Shown in pieces: positions 1 through 13,120 of a stretch of 64,000 nucleotides of DNA (within the stretch, counting starts at the first letter, position 1; every line of letters starts with the position of its first letter). The stretch covers positions 337,792 through 401,791 of the forward strand of contig NIVC01000945.1 in assembly GCA_002269645.1 (NCBI GenBank). The letters run 5' to 3'. This DNA is from Macrostomum lignano (taxonomy: Eukaryota). The translations under genes and the position numbers were made by a program. The notes under the pieces were generated by a model. That model was not told the DNA's origin. It searched no databases and saw only the letters and a list, made by a program, of their open reading frames with translations.

Positions 1-4
1 CTGA

Positions 5-311
5 TGGAGATAAGAGACTGAGGGAGATAATAGACTGAGGGAGATAAGAGACTGAGGGAGATAAGAGACTGAGGGAGATGAGAGACTGAGGGAGATAAGA
101 GACTGAGGAAGATAAGAGACTGAGGGAGATAAGAGACTGAGGAAGATAAGAGACTAAAGGAGATAAGAGACTGAGGGAGATAAGAGATTGAGGGAGATAA
201 GAGACTAAAGGAGATAAGAGACTGAGGGAGATAAGAGATTGAGGGAGATAAGAGACTAAAGGAGATAAGAGACTGAGGGAGATAAGAGATTGAGGGAGAT
301 AAGAGACTGAG
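5..311. repeat. 17-bp tandem minisatellite (GAGGGAGATAAGAGACT), truncated by the window edge
   Basis: About 18 near-identical copies read directly from the sequence. Confidence 0.95.
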
Positions 312-1059
312 TTGGATAAAGAAACGAATATGCAAACGCAAAGACCTATTCGGCATGAGGCAGAATATGAGTTGGCCCGCAATCGATGAGGTGTTGTGTT
401 CCTGCTACTGCCAGCCAGGTGACGTGGCACTGGCGGGGTCAAATAGCACATTATTAGGCCACTTAACTTCTATATATACACATAAATTGAATTTGCCAGC
501 ACCTTCGCTCTCTCTGTCCCGCCCTCGCCGATCTATCTCTTCTTTCTTACCGAATTTCTTGCGCAATTAAAAGTCTCATTCGGATATTTAAATAATTGAA
601 TTGGCTCCTAATTGGCGCGCGCCTCATAGCGGCGGGCACTGCCTGGTGTTTGGTTTCCTACCGAGAGAGGTTGAGAAAATTTTGAGCCCGAAACCAAACT
701 CAATTGGGTGCTAATTACTCTCTTTAGTCCGCCTGTCGAGTGTGCGCTGCTGGCGCAGTGACAGTTGCGCCTTGTTGCTCAGCTCAATGCAAATTATAAT
801 ACACTGATAATTGACCCCCATATGCCGAAAATTATTATACTCTGTCCCAGCCTTGACAACAAAATCATCTCTTGCTATTTATATAGTCAAAATTTGACAA
901 AAATTTAATGATGAAAAACGTTTGGGCGGCAGTGGTGACCCCACCCCCCCCCCGTTTTGCCGCTTTCAACAAAGACTTGTCAACTAATTAATCGAACAAA
1001 GATGGGATATATATATACTCATAAATGAGCGAGTAGGATAAAACAATGGGAGAAAGTAT

Positions 1060-1510
1060 CATGAGAGTCTGTGTGAGATTCTGCGTTAGAGTCTGTGAGA
1101 TCCTGTGTGAGAGTCTTTATGAGAGTCTGTGTGAGAGTCTGTGTGAGAGTCTCTGTGAGAGTCTGTGTGAGATTCTGTGTGAGATTCTTTGAGATTCTTT
1201 TTTAGAATCTAGAGAATCTTTTATGAGAGTCCGTGTGAGAGTCTGTGTGAGATTCTTTGGGATTCTTTTTTAGAATCTAGAGAATCTTTTATGAGAGTCT
1301 GTGTGAGAGTCTGTGTGAGAGTCTGTGTGAAAATCTGTGTGGGATTCTTTTAGATTCTTTGTGGAAGTCTTTATGAGAGTCTGTGTGAGAGTCTTTATGA
1401 GAGTCTGTGTGAAATTCTTTGTGTGATTCTACGGGGAGATTCTATGGAATAGTCTTCGCGAGAGTCTGTGACACAGTCCGTGGAAAAGTCTGAGACTCAT
1501 GGTGTGAGAG
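1060..1510. repeat. Degenerate 12-bp tandem repeat (GAGAGTCTGTGT)
   Basis: Repeated gagagtctgtgt / gagattcttt units. Confidence 0.85.
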
Positions 1511-3784
1511 TCCATGAGTTATTTAAAGAAGATTTTACAACCGCTGTTAAAACCAACTCTGAAAAAACCCTTCGAACCCGAAATATCCTTCGTTTTTACC
1601 CGCCCTCGCACAATTTTTTTTTAACTTCAACTTTTGCTTTTGCCTTTTTTCACCCTTAAATTTTCCTCTTTTCCATTTCCGTCTCTCTTGGGAAATTTTC
1701 GTTTCAGCCCAAGAAGAGGCAGGGAGATCTTTCCAGTTTTCATTTATTTTTCTCCAAGCCAGCACAGAATGCTTCAGCTCCCCAGGCGCAGCGGCCGGCC
1801 ATCGCCGCTGGTCCCCTCCTCCCCCTCCCCCTCTTCAATTCTTGTTGAAAGTTTCTCCCCCTGACTTCCCAATCAGCAGTCAGCGCCCCGTGACCATCGC
1901 GCGGACCGCTCTGAAGTCAAGCCTGATCCACTGCTCACCCATCCAACTCTCTCTCTCTCTCCATCTCCATCTCTTTCTTTTTCTCTTTCTGCTTTGCTTC
2001 AAAAAGCAACAAACGGGACAGATATGGGGAATGAAATCAATTATTCAGAGTCGAAGGGAGAGGGGAGATGGGAGGGAGGCTGAGAGAGAACCTGCAGATG
2101 AAGCTCTCAACCATCCGCTTTTGCAGTCGCCAGGGGAATTGGATTGGGTTTTTCGGTCTCGGTCACAGCCTCGCAGCCTCATCTGCGCTCTGCAGCGGTG
2201 AAATCCTCCTATATTATTATTATTGTTATTATTATTATTCATCATCGAACCAAAAGCTTTATGACACAGATAAACAAGAGGCACCAACCCTCGTGACTTT
2301 TCGCTGATGACGAGGCGGCCAGGATCTCCGCACGAACTTATTAAAAATGAAAATTTTAATCCCCGAACAACGGGACCGCTTCTTTATTTCGTATCTTTCT
2401 CTGTTCTATACCAGCTATCTTAGCTTTGGGAAGAAATCCCAGTTGGGTTGTATCTCTACTCAAGCTAATTTAGCTCTCGGCGCCTTCTCTTTAACTCAGC
2501 TTCACTGCAGTGTTTGAGCTCCCTCGAGGCCGCGGCAATATAAATATTAGATGGATAAATCTTCTCCTGCTTTTTCTGCTTCTTCTTCAAGTTTGTGAAA
2601 GACGAAATGAAAATGACAAAGTGGCGATACAGTTTGCGCAAGAAGCGAACTACAAGTATACAGCCAGTTTAGTTGCATGCTCAGTCCCTGGAGAATCTGG
2701 ATCACTGACTCAATTTCACCATCGTATAATCTTATAACCTTTTTACAAGCTCTCTCGCTAACCGGAAGTGACACGTCAGCGAAATCTGACATGTTTGTCT
2801 AAGCTAGCTATTGTCTAAATCTACTACCGTAAAAGACAATGGATCTCTATAGTACAGGAGCGTATAAAGAAGTTCCAATTTACCTTGAGGGCTTGGACCT
2901 TATTAATTACAAAATCAAACCATTTCTACTAGGATTCGAAATTGACAGTCTATTTATGCAACTGGACCAGATTGAAGGCCTGGACTTATTTTGGTTTGGT
3001 TTGGATTTATTATAATTTAGAACAAGTCCTTTAGAAGATTCCCAAGCTTGTGTGTGTGGGGAACCAAGACAGACCACTCTGCACATCTGGCATAGCAACA
3101 GATAGTCGGCGCCATCTTGGGTGTTGCAGAACCTTTCGAATAGATAAATAGAATTACTTTATAATCCGCAGTCCCTATGCAACATTACTCAAGACACTTG
3201 AGCTCAATTCTCCATTCTAAATAATGTCCCGAGCAACACATCATTTATGCGGGTTTAGGCGGGCCCAACTGAGTTGTCAACATGTTGCTTTTGAGTACAG
3301 GTGTATACAACTTCTGCTTTGAAACCACTCACTCTGTACAAGTGCCAACCATAACTACAGGATCAACTCGTAAATATTTGATGAATCCGGGCACAGTGCA
3401 ATGGTATTACAAGTACCCCGTGATTTATCTATACCCCTGCATATGATGAAGCAATGAATGCAAAAAAAACTCTATACAAAGATCATGCATACGGGCTCGA
3501 GAATCGCTTGAGGGCAGAGCCACCCATGTTTGGGACATTCTTTCAAGGATGAAGCGTGTTACACACGAATTGCCCAGCATCCTTACGAGTATTAATAATA
3601 ATTACAAGTACCAGCAGGAACTCCTTCACTCTCCATCATGGCTATGGAGAAAACTGATCAACATCCATGATAAATATAACTGTGAGAGCCTCTTCAAATT
3701 TGAGACAATTGGCCTGGAGTTTTTGTTTTTGTTTGCCAATCTTCTAAAGCACACAGAGCTGCTGTGGGAAAATTGCTACCTGAA

Positions 3785-4570
3785 GCTGTCTACTTCTCTA
3801 TCTCCTCTGTCTACTCTCCCCCCTGTCTATTTCTCTCTCTCCCCTCTGTCTACTTCTCACTTTGTCCCCTGTCTACCTCTCTCTCCGCTGCCTACGAGCT
3901 ACTTCTCGCTCTCCCTGTCTACTTCTCAACCCCCTGTCTACTTCTCAACCCCCTGTCTACTTCTCAACCCCCTGTCTACTTCTCTATCTCCCCCGTCTAC
4001 TCTCTCCCCTGTTTTTTCTCTCTACCCCCTCTGTCTACTTCTCCCTTTGACCCCTGTCTACCTCTCTCTCCGCTGCCTACTTCTCGCTCACCCCCGTCTA
4101 CGCTCCCCCTGTCTACTCTCTCCATGTCTACTCTCTTCCCTGTCTACTCTCTCCATGTCTACTCTCTTCCCTGTCTACTCTCTCCATGTCTACTCTCTTC
4201 CCTGTCTACTTCTCTATCTCCCCCGTCTACTCTCTCCCCTGTTTTTTCTCTCTACCCCCTCTGTCTACTTCTCCCTTTGACCCCTGTCTACCTCTCTCTC
4301 CGCTGCCTACTTCTCGCTCACCCCGTCTACGCTCCCCCTGTCTACTCTCTCCATGTCTACTCTCTTCCCTGTCTACTCTCTCCATGTCTACTCTCTTCCC
4401 TGTCTACTCTCTCCATGTCTACTCTCTTCCCTGTCTACTCTCTCCATGTCTACTCTCTTCCCTGTCTACTTCTCACTCGGTCTACTTCTCTCCCTGTATA
4501 CTCTCCCCCTGTCTACTCTCCTCCTGTCTAATCTCTCCCCTGTCTATACTCTCCCCCTGTCTACTTCTCT
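3785..4570. repeat. CT-rich minisatellite (core CTGTCTACT(T)CTCT) with higher-order duplications
   Basis: Dozens of ctgtctac cores; the overlapping L/S/P-rich ORFs are repeat artefacts. Confidence 0.9.
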
Positions 4571-5323
4571 ATCCGCTACAACTCTCAAGCCGTTAACTCT
4601 TTAATTCCACTGCTGCTAAAAACCTCAATAAATTTTTCAATTTCATCTTTCCTCCCATAATATCAATAACAGCGCCGCCAAGTTTTGAGCATCAATTTTA
4701 ATTTGATTTCGCCAACTGAAAGTGTAAAAAATCTCTGCACTAGTCATATTATATAAATGGCCATAACTGTTTGCATGCATTATGCATTAAGGCATTTACA
4801 AGCTGGCCACAGACAGAGATAGATAGAGACTGCATGAGAGATGACGACTGATGGGAAATGATGAGGATAGCGCTCTCTTTGAGGCGAAAGCTGGTCACGT
4901 GCTGACGCCGAGCTCAAATATTTGACATTGCGTGAAATAAAAGGCGAGGTGAAGGTGCTAAAGGTCTCTATATATGGACGATTGAATGCTAATTTGAGCC
5001 GTCCAGACTCCCGCTTCATCGCTGTCAATAAATACAACGCCTTTGCCGTATACGTCAGACGGCAGGCGACAGAAGGCCACGCATAGAGCGATTGTTTTTA
5101 GATGAAGTTGAGAAGCTGGATGGTATAGAAGCGCGGTAGAAATACGCCAGCAGTTGGTTTTTGACAAGTTTTAGAAGTCGCTGTCTGTAAATATCTTATC
5201 AATGATTTTGCGCATTGCGTCATCCATCCACCTGTGGTCGTTGCCTGTGCTTTTCAACTTTCGGCTTTTGTCTATGTAAACGAATTTCTTAGAAAATAAG
5301 GTCAATAAAGGTCATCAACTCAC

Positions 5324-7516
5324 CGCTAGCGTACATCAGGTAGAGCAGGTAGTGAATGCCGTTGCTGGTTCGTTCAGATTTTGGCTCCTGCGGTTTTGGG
5401 AGGAAAAAAATATACATATTTATTTGGTCACTCTGTTACTCTATGATTCTCAATCTGTCACTTATGATTCTCAATCTGTCACTTTATCGATTCTCAATCT
5501 GTCACTCTACGATTCTCACTCTGTCACTCTATGATTATCACTCTGTAACTTTATCGATTCTCAATCTGTCACTCTACGATTCTCACTCTGTCACTCTATG
5601 ATTCTCACCCTGTCACTTTATCGATTCTCACTCTGTCACTCTATGATTCTCAATCTGTCACTTTATCGATTCTCACTCTGTCACTCTATGAAATGATTAT
5701 CACTCTGTCACCCTATGATTCTTACTTTGTCACTTTATGAAATGATTCATAGAGTGAATCTAGGCCTAGATTTATGACACTTGGCCTATCATTCTATGAC
5801 TCTAAGCATGTCACTCTAAGCCTGTCACTTTATGACTCTAAACCTGTCACCTAAGCCTGTCACTCTAAGCCTTTCACTCTTAGTCTGTCACTCTGACTCT
5901 CACTCCGGCCACAGCTCACCATGTCGCCCTCCACGAAGCCGACAAACATTGCCCGCTCAATTTCCACCGGCTGTCCATGTCGGTCGTACAAGGCGATCAC
6001 AAAGTGAAAAAAGTTGCTCTTGCGCAGATTGGACGGCGGCTGCTTCTCGAAGTGGGCACGCGAAATTCCCAGAGTGCTGAACAGGAGGGGACTGCGACGG
6101 GGAATCAATTTGGGTTCAGATTCGTGTTGTCGAAGTTTTTGAAATTGGAGTCGGGAGATCTGTCGTAGATCTATAGCTGATTAGGAAGATCTATCGTACA
6201 TCTATAGCCGATTAGGAAGGTCTATCTTAGATCTATAGCTGATTAGGAAGGTCTATCTTAGATCTATAGCTGATTAGGAAGGTCTATCTTAGATCTATAG
6301 CTGATTAGGAAGGTCTATCGTAGATCTATAGTTTATTAGGAAGATCTATCGTAAATCTATATTTTATTAGAGAGATCTATCGTAGATCTATAGTTGATTG
6401 GGAGATCTATGGTAGATCTATAATCGATTGGAGAGATCTATCGTAGATCTAAAGTTGATTGGGAGATCTATGGTAGATCTATAATCGATTTAAGAGATCT
6501 ATCGTAGATCTATAGTTGATTGGGAGATCTATGGTAGATCTATAATCGATTGGAGAGATCTATCGTAGATCTATAGCTGATTAGGAGATCTATCGTAGAT
6601 CTATAATTGATTGTAGAGATCTATAGCTGATTAGGAAGATCTATCGTGAACCTATAGTTGATTAGAGACATCTATCTTAGATCTATAGTTTATTGGAGAG
6701 ATCTATAGTAGATCTATAGTTGATTAGAGAGATCTATCGTATAGATCAAAAGTTGATTGGAAAGATCTATCGTAGATCTACAGTTGACTGGATAGATCTA
6801 TCGTAGATCTATAGTTGATCGGAGAGATCTATCAAAGATCTATAACTGATTGTAGAGATCTATCGTAGATCTATAGCTGATTAGGAAGATCTATAGTAGA
6901 TCTATAGTTGATTAGGAGATCTATCGTAGATCTATAATTGATTGTAGAGATCTATAGCTGATTAGGAAGATCTATCGTGAATCTATAGTTGATTAGAGAC
7001 ATCTATCGTAGATCTATAGTTTATTGGAGAGATCTATCGTATAGATCAAAAGTTGATTGGAAAGATCTATCGTAGGTCTACAGTTGACTGGATAAATCTA
7101 TCGTATGGATCTATAGCTTTTGAATAGTTAGAATTATCCTAGGTTGATTTATGTTGAATATGAACATCTATAATATCAGACTCTATAGTGTATAGATCAG
7201 CCATAAATCAACGTGGTCGTGATTCAACTGAAATTTAAATGATTTTTCATAATCATAAAGTGACACACACAGAAACTCACTTGCTGCCAGCGGAGTCTGC
7301 CGTCTGTATCCAGTTGCGCACAATCGGGCCTCGAGATTCGTGTTTAATCCCGTTGTTACCGATTATTTCCTGGGAAATATTTTCATTGGGCTTAAAGAAG
7401 AATCGCTAGCACAGGTGTGTCAGAAAGAAGGCTAGTACAAAGATAGTTTATAATAATATGCATTCAAATCAATAAATAAACAACTCAAATGATAAATTTT
7501 ATCTGATGCTCACCAT
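5324..7516 (-). CDS. coe: COE/EBF (collier/Olf-1/EBF) transcription factor, 5' coding exons; gene continues beyond the left edge
   Basis: Exons (minus) 7369-7281, 6076-5920 (157 bp) and 5387-5324 (64 bp), plus a tentative start ATG at 7516-7514 ending an upstream exon. All have GT/AG ends and compatible phases. Translation [105 protein letters not shown] matches the COE DNA-binding-domain N-terminus. The next exon was not found in 1-5323. Confidence 0.95.
5428..5905. repeat. About 20-bp tandem repeat (TCACTCTATGATTCTCAATCTG-like) in a coe intron
   Basis: Repeated tcactctatgattctc / tcactttatcgattctc units. Confidence 0.85.
6163..7115. repeat. About 31-bp satellite rich in AGATCT palindromes (TAGATCTATAGTTGATTGGAGAGATCTATCG) in a coe intron
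   Basis: About 30 diverged copies read directly. Confidence 0.92.
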
Positions 7517-8179
7517 GCTCAAGCCTGGTTGGTTATGCAAATTGTGTTACAGACAGACGCGGCGCTAACAAAGAGACGGCCTGGCAACCACTTGTAATAA
7601 TTACTGGTATATAGTAAATACACCCTAATAGTTTAAATATGTCCCTGGTGGGAAAAAATCTCCCAATAGAGGAAGCAGTATGTTAAGATAGATGAGAGAT
7701 GCTGCGAGCTGCGAGGCTGTGATGAGGCCGCTGTGTGAGCCTAGAAAATATCTGTTCCTCCAGGGACTGCGATGACCGCTTCTGTTGCTGCTTCCGCAAT
7801 GATTGAATTTCTCGTGGGAGATCTCCTATTGCCCTGCAGTTCCGTCTCCTCAGCTTAATACCCACCCCTCACCTACACACGTCTCACTGGGCTGGGGGGA
7901 GGCTGGGGGTTGGGCCGGTGAGACCACCATCGGGTCATCGCAGCGGCCCATCGCCTCATCCTATCCAATTGCGGTTGCTCTGTCGCCGCCCCCCAAGTTG
8001 AAAGCCAATTATCGACCAGAGATGGTGGGATCTGGGAAATTCAACGGAGCCAATGAGAGGGCAGCTCGGAGTTTCAGGAGAGAAGTGAATTCAGTGGGGA
8101 TTTTCTTTAGACAAGTTGAACAGTCAATACACCAGCAGGCTACAACAGAGTCTGTGAAGGTAATTTCAGGAAGCCCAAG

Positions 8180-9105
8180 TCCCAACGAGGGGCGAATCCC
8201 GGGGATCAAGACTCAGGTGGTTGGGCGGATCCCAGGGATCAAAACTAAGGAGAGGGCGGATCCTGGGGATTAAGACTTAGGAGCGGGCGGATTCTTAAGA
8301 TAAAACTCGGGATGGATCCCAGGGATCAAGACTCAGGAGGGGGCGGATCCCGGGGATCAAGACTCGAGTGGGGGCGGATCCCGGGGATCAAGACTCAGAA
8401 GGGGGGCGGATCCCTGGATCAAGACTCAGGAGGGGGGGCGGATCCCTGGATCAAGACTCAGGAGGGGGGGCGGATCCCTGGATCAAGACTCAGAAGGGGG
8501 GCGGATCCCTGGATCAAGACTCAGGAGAGGGCGGATCCCTGGATCAAGACTCAGGAGGGGGCGGATCCCTGGATCAAGACTCAGGAGGGGGGGCGGATCC
8601 CTGGATCAAGACTCAGGAGGGGGGGCGGATCCCTGGATCAAGACTCAGAAGGGGGGCGGATCCCTGAATCAAGATTCAGGAGGGGGGCGGATCCCTAGAT
8701 CAAGACTCAGGAGGGGGGGCGGATCCCTGGATCAAGACTCAGGAGAGGGCGGATCCCTGGATCAAGACTCAGGAGGGGGGGGCGGATCCCTGGATCAAGA
8801 CTCAGGAGGGGGGGCGGATCCCTGGATCAAGACTCAGGAGGGGGGGCGGATCCCTGGATCAAGACTCAGGAGGGGGGGCGGATCCCTGGATCAAGACTCA
8901 GAAGGGGGGGCGGATCCCTGGATCAAGACTCAGGAGGGGGGGGCGGATCCCTGGATCAAGACTCAGAAGGGGGGCGGATCCCTAGATCAAGACTCAGGAG
9001 GGGGGCGGATCCCTGGATCAAGACTCAGAAGGGGGGCGGATCCCTGGATCAAGACTCAGGAGAGGGCGGATCCCTAGATCAAGACTCAGGAGGGGGAGGA
9101 TCCCG
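8180..9105. repeat. GC-rich minisatellite, about 28-32-bp unit (GGCGGATCCCTGGATCAAGACTCAGGAGG(G)n)
   Basis: About 28 copies with a variable poly-G run; ORFs 8312-8698 and 8368-8667 are its translation. Confidence 0.95.
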
Positions 9106-9436
9106 GTGTCATTACCTATTGGGGGCTAATGAGGCTATGGTCTATCAGTTTCATAACAACATTTGCTTGATCCCCTACACAAAAGTTCCTAATCGATTAT
9201 TGACGTCTGAATCGTACAATATTTATATTTATTCATCGACCGAAAATGTTATGAAATACGCTTTATTTAATATAGCACAAAATTTAAATTATCACACGAT
9301 GAAATTACCACGACTACTGATTAAAACTACTAAAAGTAGTGTATGAGTTTTAAAAATAACTACATGTTATAACAAAGTAAAACCCCCCAACTGCGTAATA
9401 ATGCACATTTTTGAATTCTAGAGACTGCAGTGCATG

Positions 9437-9889
9437 CATACCCTCTGATGCTAAAACATACCCTCTGATGCTAAAACATACCCTCTGATGCTAAAACATA
9501 CCCTCTGATGCTAAAACATACCCTCTGATGCTAAAACATACCCTCTGATGCTAAAACATACCCTCTGATGCTAAAACATACCCTCTGATGCTAAAACATA
9601 CCCTCTGATGCTAAAACATACCCTCTGATGCTAAAACATACCCTCTGATGCTAAAACATACCCTCTGATGCTAAAACATACCCTCTGATGCTAAAACATA
9701 CCCTCTGATGCTAAAACATACCCTCTGATGCTAAAACATACCCTCTGATGCTAAAACATACCCTCTGATGCTAAAACATACCCTCTGATGCTAAAACATA
9801 CCCTCTGATGCTAAAACATACCCTCTGATGCTAAAACATACCCTCTGATGCTAAAACATACCCTCTGATGCTAAAACATACCCTCTGAT
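9437..9889. repeat. Perfect 20-bp tandem array (CATACCCTCTGATGCTAAAA), about 22.6 copies
   Basis: No mismatch seen among the full copies. Confidence 0.98.
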
Positions 9890-12800
9890 CAGCAAATGCT
9901 CTGATCCTAATAAAACATCCACTAATCATCTCCAAAAACGTTTTCCTTTGATTCAAATGTGTTACCTTTTCTATTAAACGAGTCTAACCCTGAAATCTGT
10001 ATTAGAATTTGAAGCAATAAATATATTTATATGTATTAAAAGTTATGTATTTTATGTTTACACACAGATTAAGTAAAAAAAGACACTTAAACTCATTTAA
10101 ACGTAAGCTAGTCACGAGTACTCTACTCAAAAAGTAGTCATTGAAGCATTTATTTATGCGTGTTAAAATTTGAAACAAAAACCTGTTTACTCGGCGTAAA
10201 AATTTATAACTTTGCCTTTTATCGCATCAGGAAATTATGAGGAACCTGTAGCACGTTTCTGAACTGTTGCTCAAAAAAACTATAACTGAAAATCTCAACA
10301 AAACAAACAAAAATTATTCAGAATACTAGAATAACAAAATCAAAATTGATTTGAGAAAAACACTGAGAACCAGAAATGGAGTGTAATTGTCTAAGAAGGT
10401 GCTAATTTTCTAATAGAATTTGAGATTAAAGTGTGTGACGGGCATAATAAAATATCTAGGATTGCGCAAATTGATAAATATGCAGATTGCAAACGTGCGT
10501 TTCAATACTTTTTTATTAAATCGTGTTTTAAGTTGACTTGCAACTTATTTACAGAGCACAGCGAACCAGTTGAGATGATGAGCCATAGGCAAAAACAAAT
10601 TAAGCGTGCTATAATACTAAATAACTAAGTTTTAAGCGCGCTACTCATCTAAGTAGCCTGAGTAGACAAAATGATACCAAAAAACTCGAATAAAAGTTAG
10701 TTTAGAATCATTAATACACGCGCAACAACTATTCACAGAGCAAATCACAGCCTTCTTTGATGATGCCTTAGTTTAGACAAGTTTGATAGCAGAGTTACAA
10801 AAAAGAGCACAAAAAGCAACCATTACAGGGTGAGTTTGAGTAAAAATGAGGCGATTTTCGGTGAGATATTAATGACTCGCCCTAGTGAACAAATGGAAGA
10901 AATGTACAAGTTCGGAAATGCTTCACAGCATCGTCAGTGTATAGATTGGCAGGTAATAGTGCATTAGGCCAAGCTAACAGAGTCGATCGCTAAATTTCCA
11001 TGTGTGAAATTGTTTCTTTAATTGTTGCACAGACTTGTCAATCAATCATGTACTACTAATATGCGCTGGCGAAACTGTACTGTAAAACTAAGATGAAATC
11101 GATGAAACAGATGAGTAAGAATGAGGAAAGAATGGTTAAATAACCTTAACTACGGAACAACTTCTTTACAAAAGTGACATTATAAAAAAGATAGGGAAAC
11201 TAATTAAGCATAAAAAATCAGATCTGTCAAAGCAGCAAAAATATGTACAGTTTAAGGCAGCAGAAGGGTGAAATAAAAGCCAGTGTCACAAAACAGTTCT
11301 AAAACTATATAAGCATTATAGAAAGTTGCGCTGCTAATTGTGAAAAACATGTTATATACATTTTGCCTAATATACATTCGTGATAGTACATGTCAATTGC
11401 ACCTTGTTGATATGAGCATTGTTATTAATCTATAGTCATAGCATACAAAGGGTGCAAATCCATAATAAGCAGTACAAATACCAGTAGCTATACGGTAGTT
11501 ACAGTCAGTGGAAGACCTTGTGACGTTTGTTGCCGCATGTGAGAAAAACAACAAGCAAAAAAACTGTACATGGCATTCATAAAGTTACTAATTAAAACAA
11601 AGTTCTCTGTATACTATATCGACGAACTAAGCTGTCAAACACAATAGCGCTTATTGATGAATAATGATAGTAGATACCTTAAATACAATACGAAATACTG
11701 AGACAGACAACAAAATCCTGGAATGATGCTGAGTAGAAATGTCAAGTACTACGTAGAAATATTTAACCTATAATTCAATATTTTCATAGATATTCATTAG
11801 TATTATATTCTATTATTTAAATATTCACTTCTTAGCTTTGCCAAACTTCCAGTTGAAGTTTTGCGATATGGTATGGTATTATAGTTAATAAAAAACTTAG
11901 CCACTAAAACAATTACATATTCACAGTCCATACTCACTACTCCGCGGCTGAAGTCAGCTCTGCGTTCATTCTAACCTCTTTCTTTTCTTCTATCTTCTTC
12001 TAGATCAGATTCGCAGATGGGTCTGCCCATACCAGACGCTAATAGGTGTCACCAGGTTCCTGTTTAGATGCTGCATTGCCGATTGGAAGTTTGCCAGCGA
12101 ACAAAACGGAAGCTATTGGTTTCGTTGCAGCTATATTTATAGCAGTTTGCACCCAGCTGCACACTGTAAACAGATTATAAACACAATTCTATATAAAGCA
12201 ATCATAATTAAAACTGAAAATTTCAAGCATATATAGTTTGCTTCCAAAGCTTACCACTTTTGTAGAGATTAAATCTCTGATAGAAGCTGTGCAGGTAGGA
12301 AGCAGCAGCTTACCCGCGGCCTCTCCTAGCCAAGCCAAGAGCCAAGGCCGATGCAGCGCCTCGAGTTCTCCAGACCTTAACCTATTTGCTTTAAATAGCG
12401 AGACAGAATCGCCTGAAATTGGGGGGGGGGGGGGGTGGTGGGTTGAGATCGGGCTGCGAGGGGTGGAGGGGCGGGGGCGGCACCTTCCGCGGGGCCTCCG
12501 CCCAAGCCCAGCCAAACCGAACCAAAGCCTCCCCCCCAACCCACCACCCCATTGCCCCAGGCGAGTCCAGCAGCACCGCACCCCAGTGCGCAGCTGCAGG
12601 ACTGCAGGATAGGCTAGGTAAGTGATTAAAACCTAAACGCAAACAAGCACAGCACAGCAGGCGCAAAGGTGAAGAGAGAAAGATAGACAGAGAGAGAGAG
12701 ATGGAATCGATTTTCTCTGCTCGATAGCTCACCGCCCACAGCGCACGCTAAGAAGTGAGCCATGCAGCCAGTCAGCCGCCAATTTACCTTCCTTACCTGT

Positions 12801-13120
12801 CTATACCTGTCCGCCTGTCTGACCCGACCCAAACGTCTACCTTCTCTTTCACCAGCTGAGAGAAAGAGCGAGAGAGAGGCAAAACAAGTAAGCAGCGCGT
12901 CTCAGTCGCGATATGCGTGGGCAGTTGCGGCAGCAGAAGTGGACACCCTCCTCTCTCTCTCTCTCCTTACAGACCCCAAGCGCCCTCATGCCAAAAAACT
13001 TCGTAGCAATCGCTTTATAGATTTTGGGTTTTTGATTAGATATAGAGCACCTCGGCACAACCAGGGAATCCTATTTGTTTCACCAGGAACCGACACTGGT
13101 CCCGCCCCACCCCACCTCCC

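Noticed and set aside
3549-4604. Long L/S/P-rich ORFs (up to 255 aa)
   Set aside because: They are translations of the CT-rich minisatellite, open in several frames, with no domain.
1-5323. Search for the next COE exon (..EQDLYVRLIDS..)
   Set aside because: No matching segment was found by eye; the FIDSDE and LIDC look-alikes lack the motif and splice context. The exon probably lies left of the window.
9437-9889. CRISPR-like appearance of regular arrays (also 24450-24870 and 63035-63905)
   Set aside because: The units are contiguous with no unique spacers, there are no cas genes, and the context is eukaryotic.
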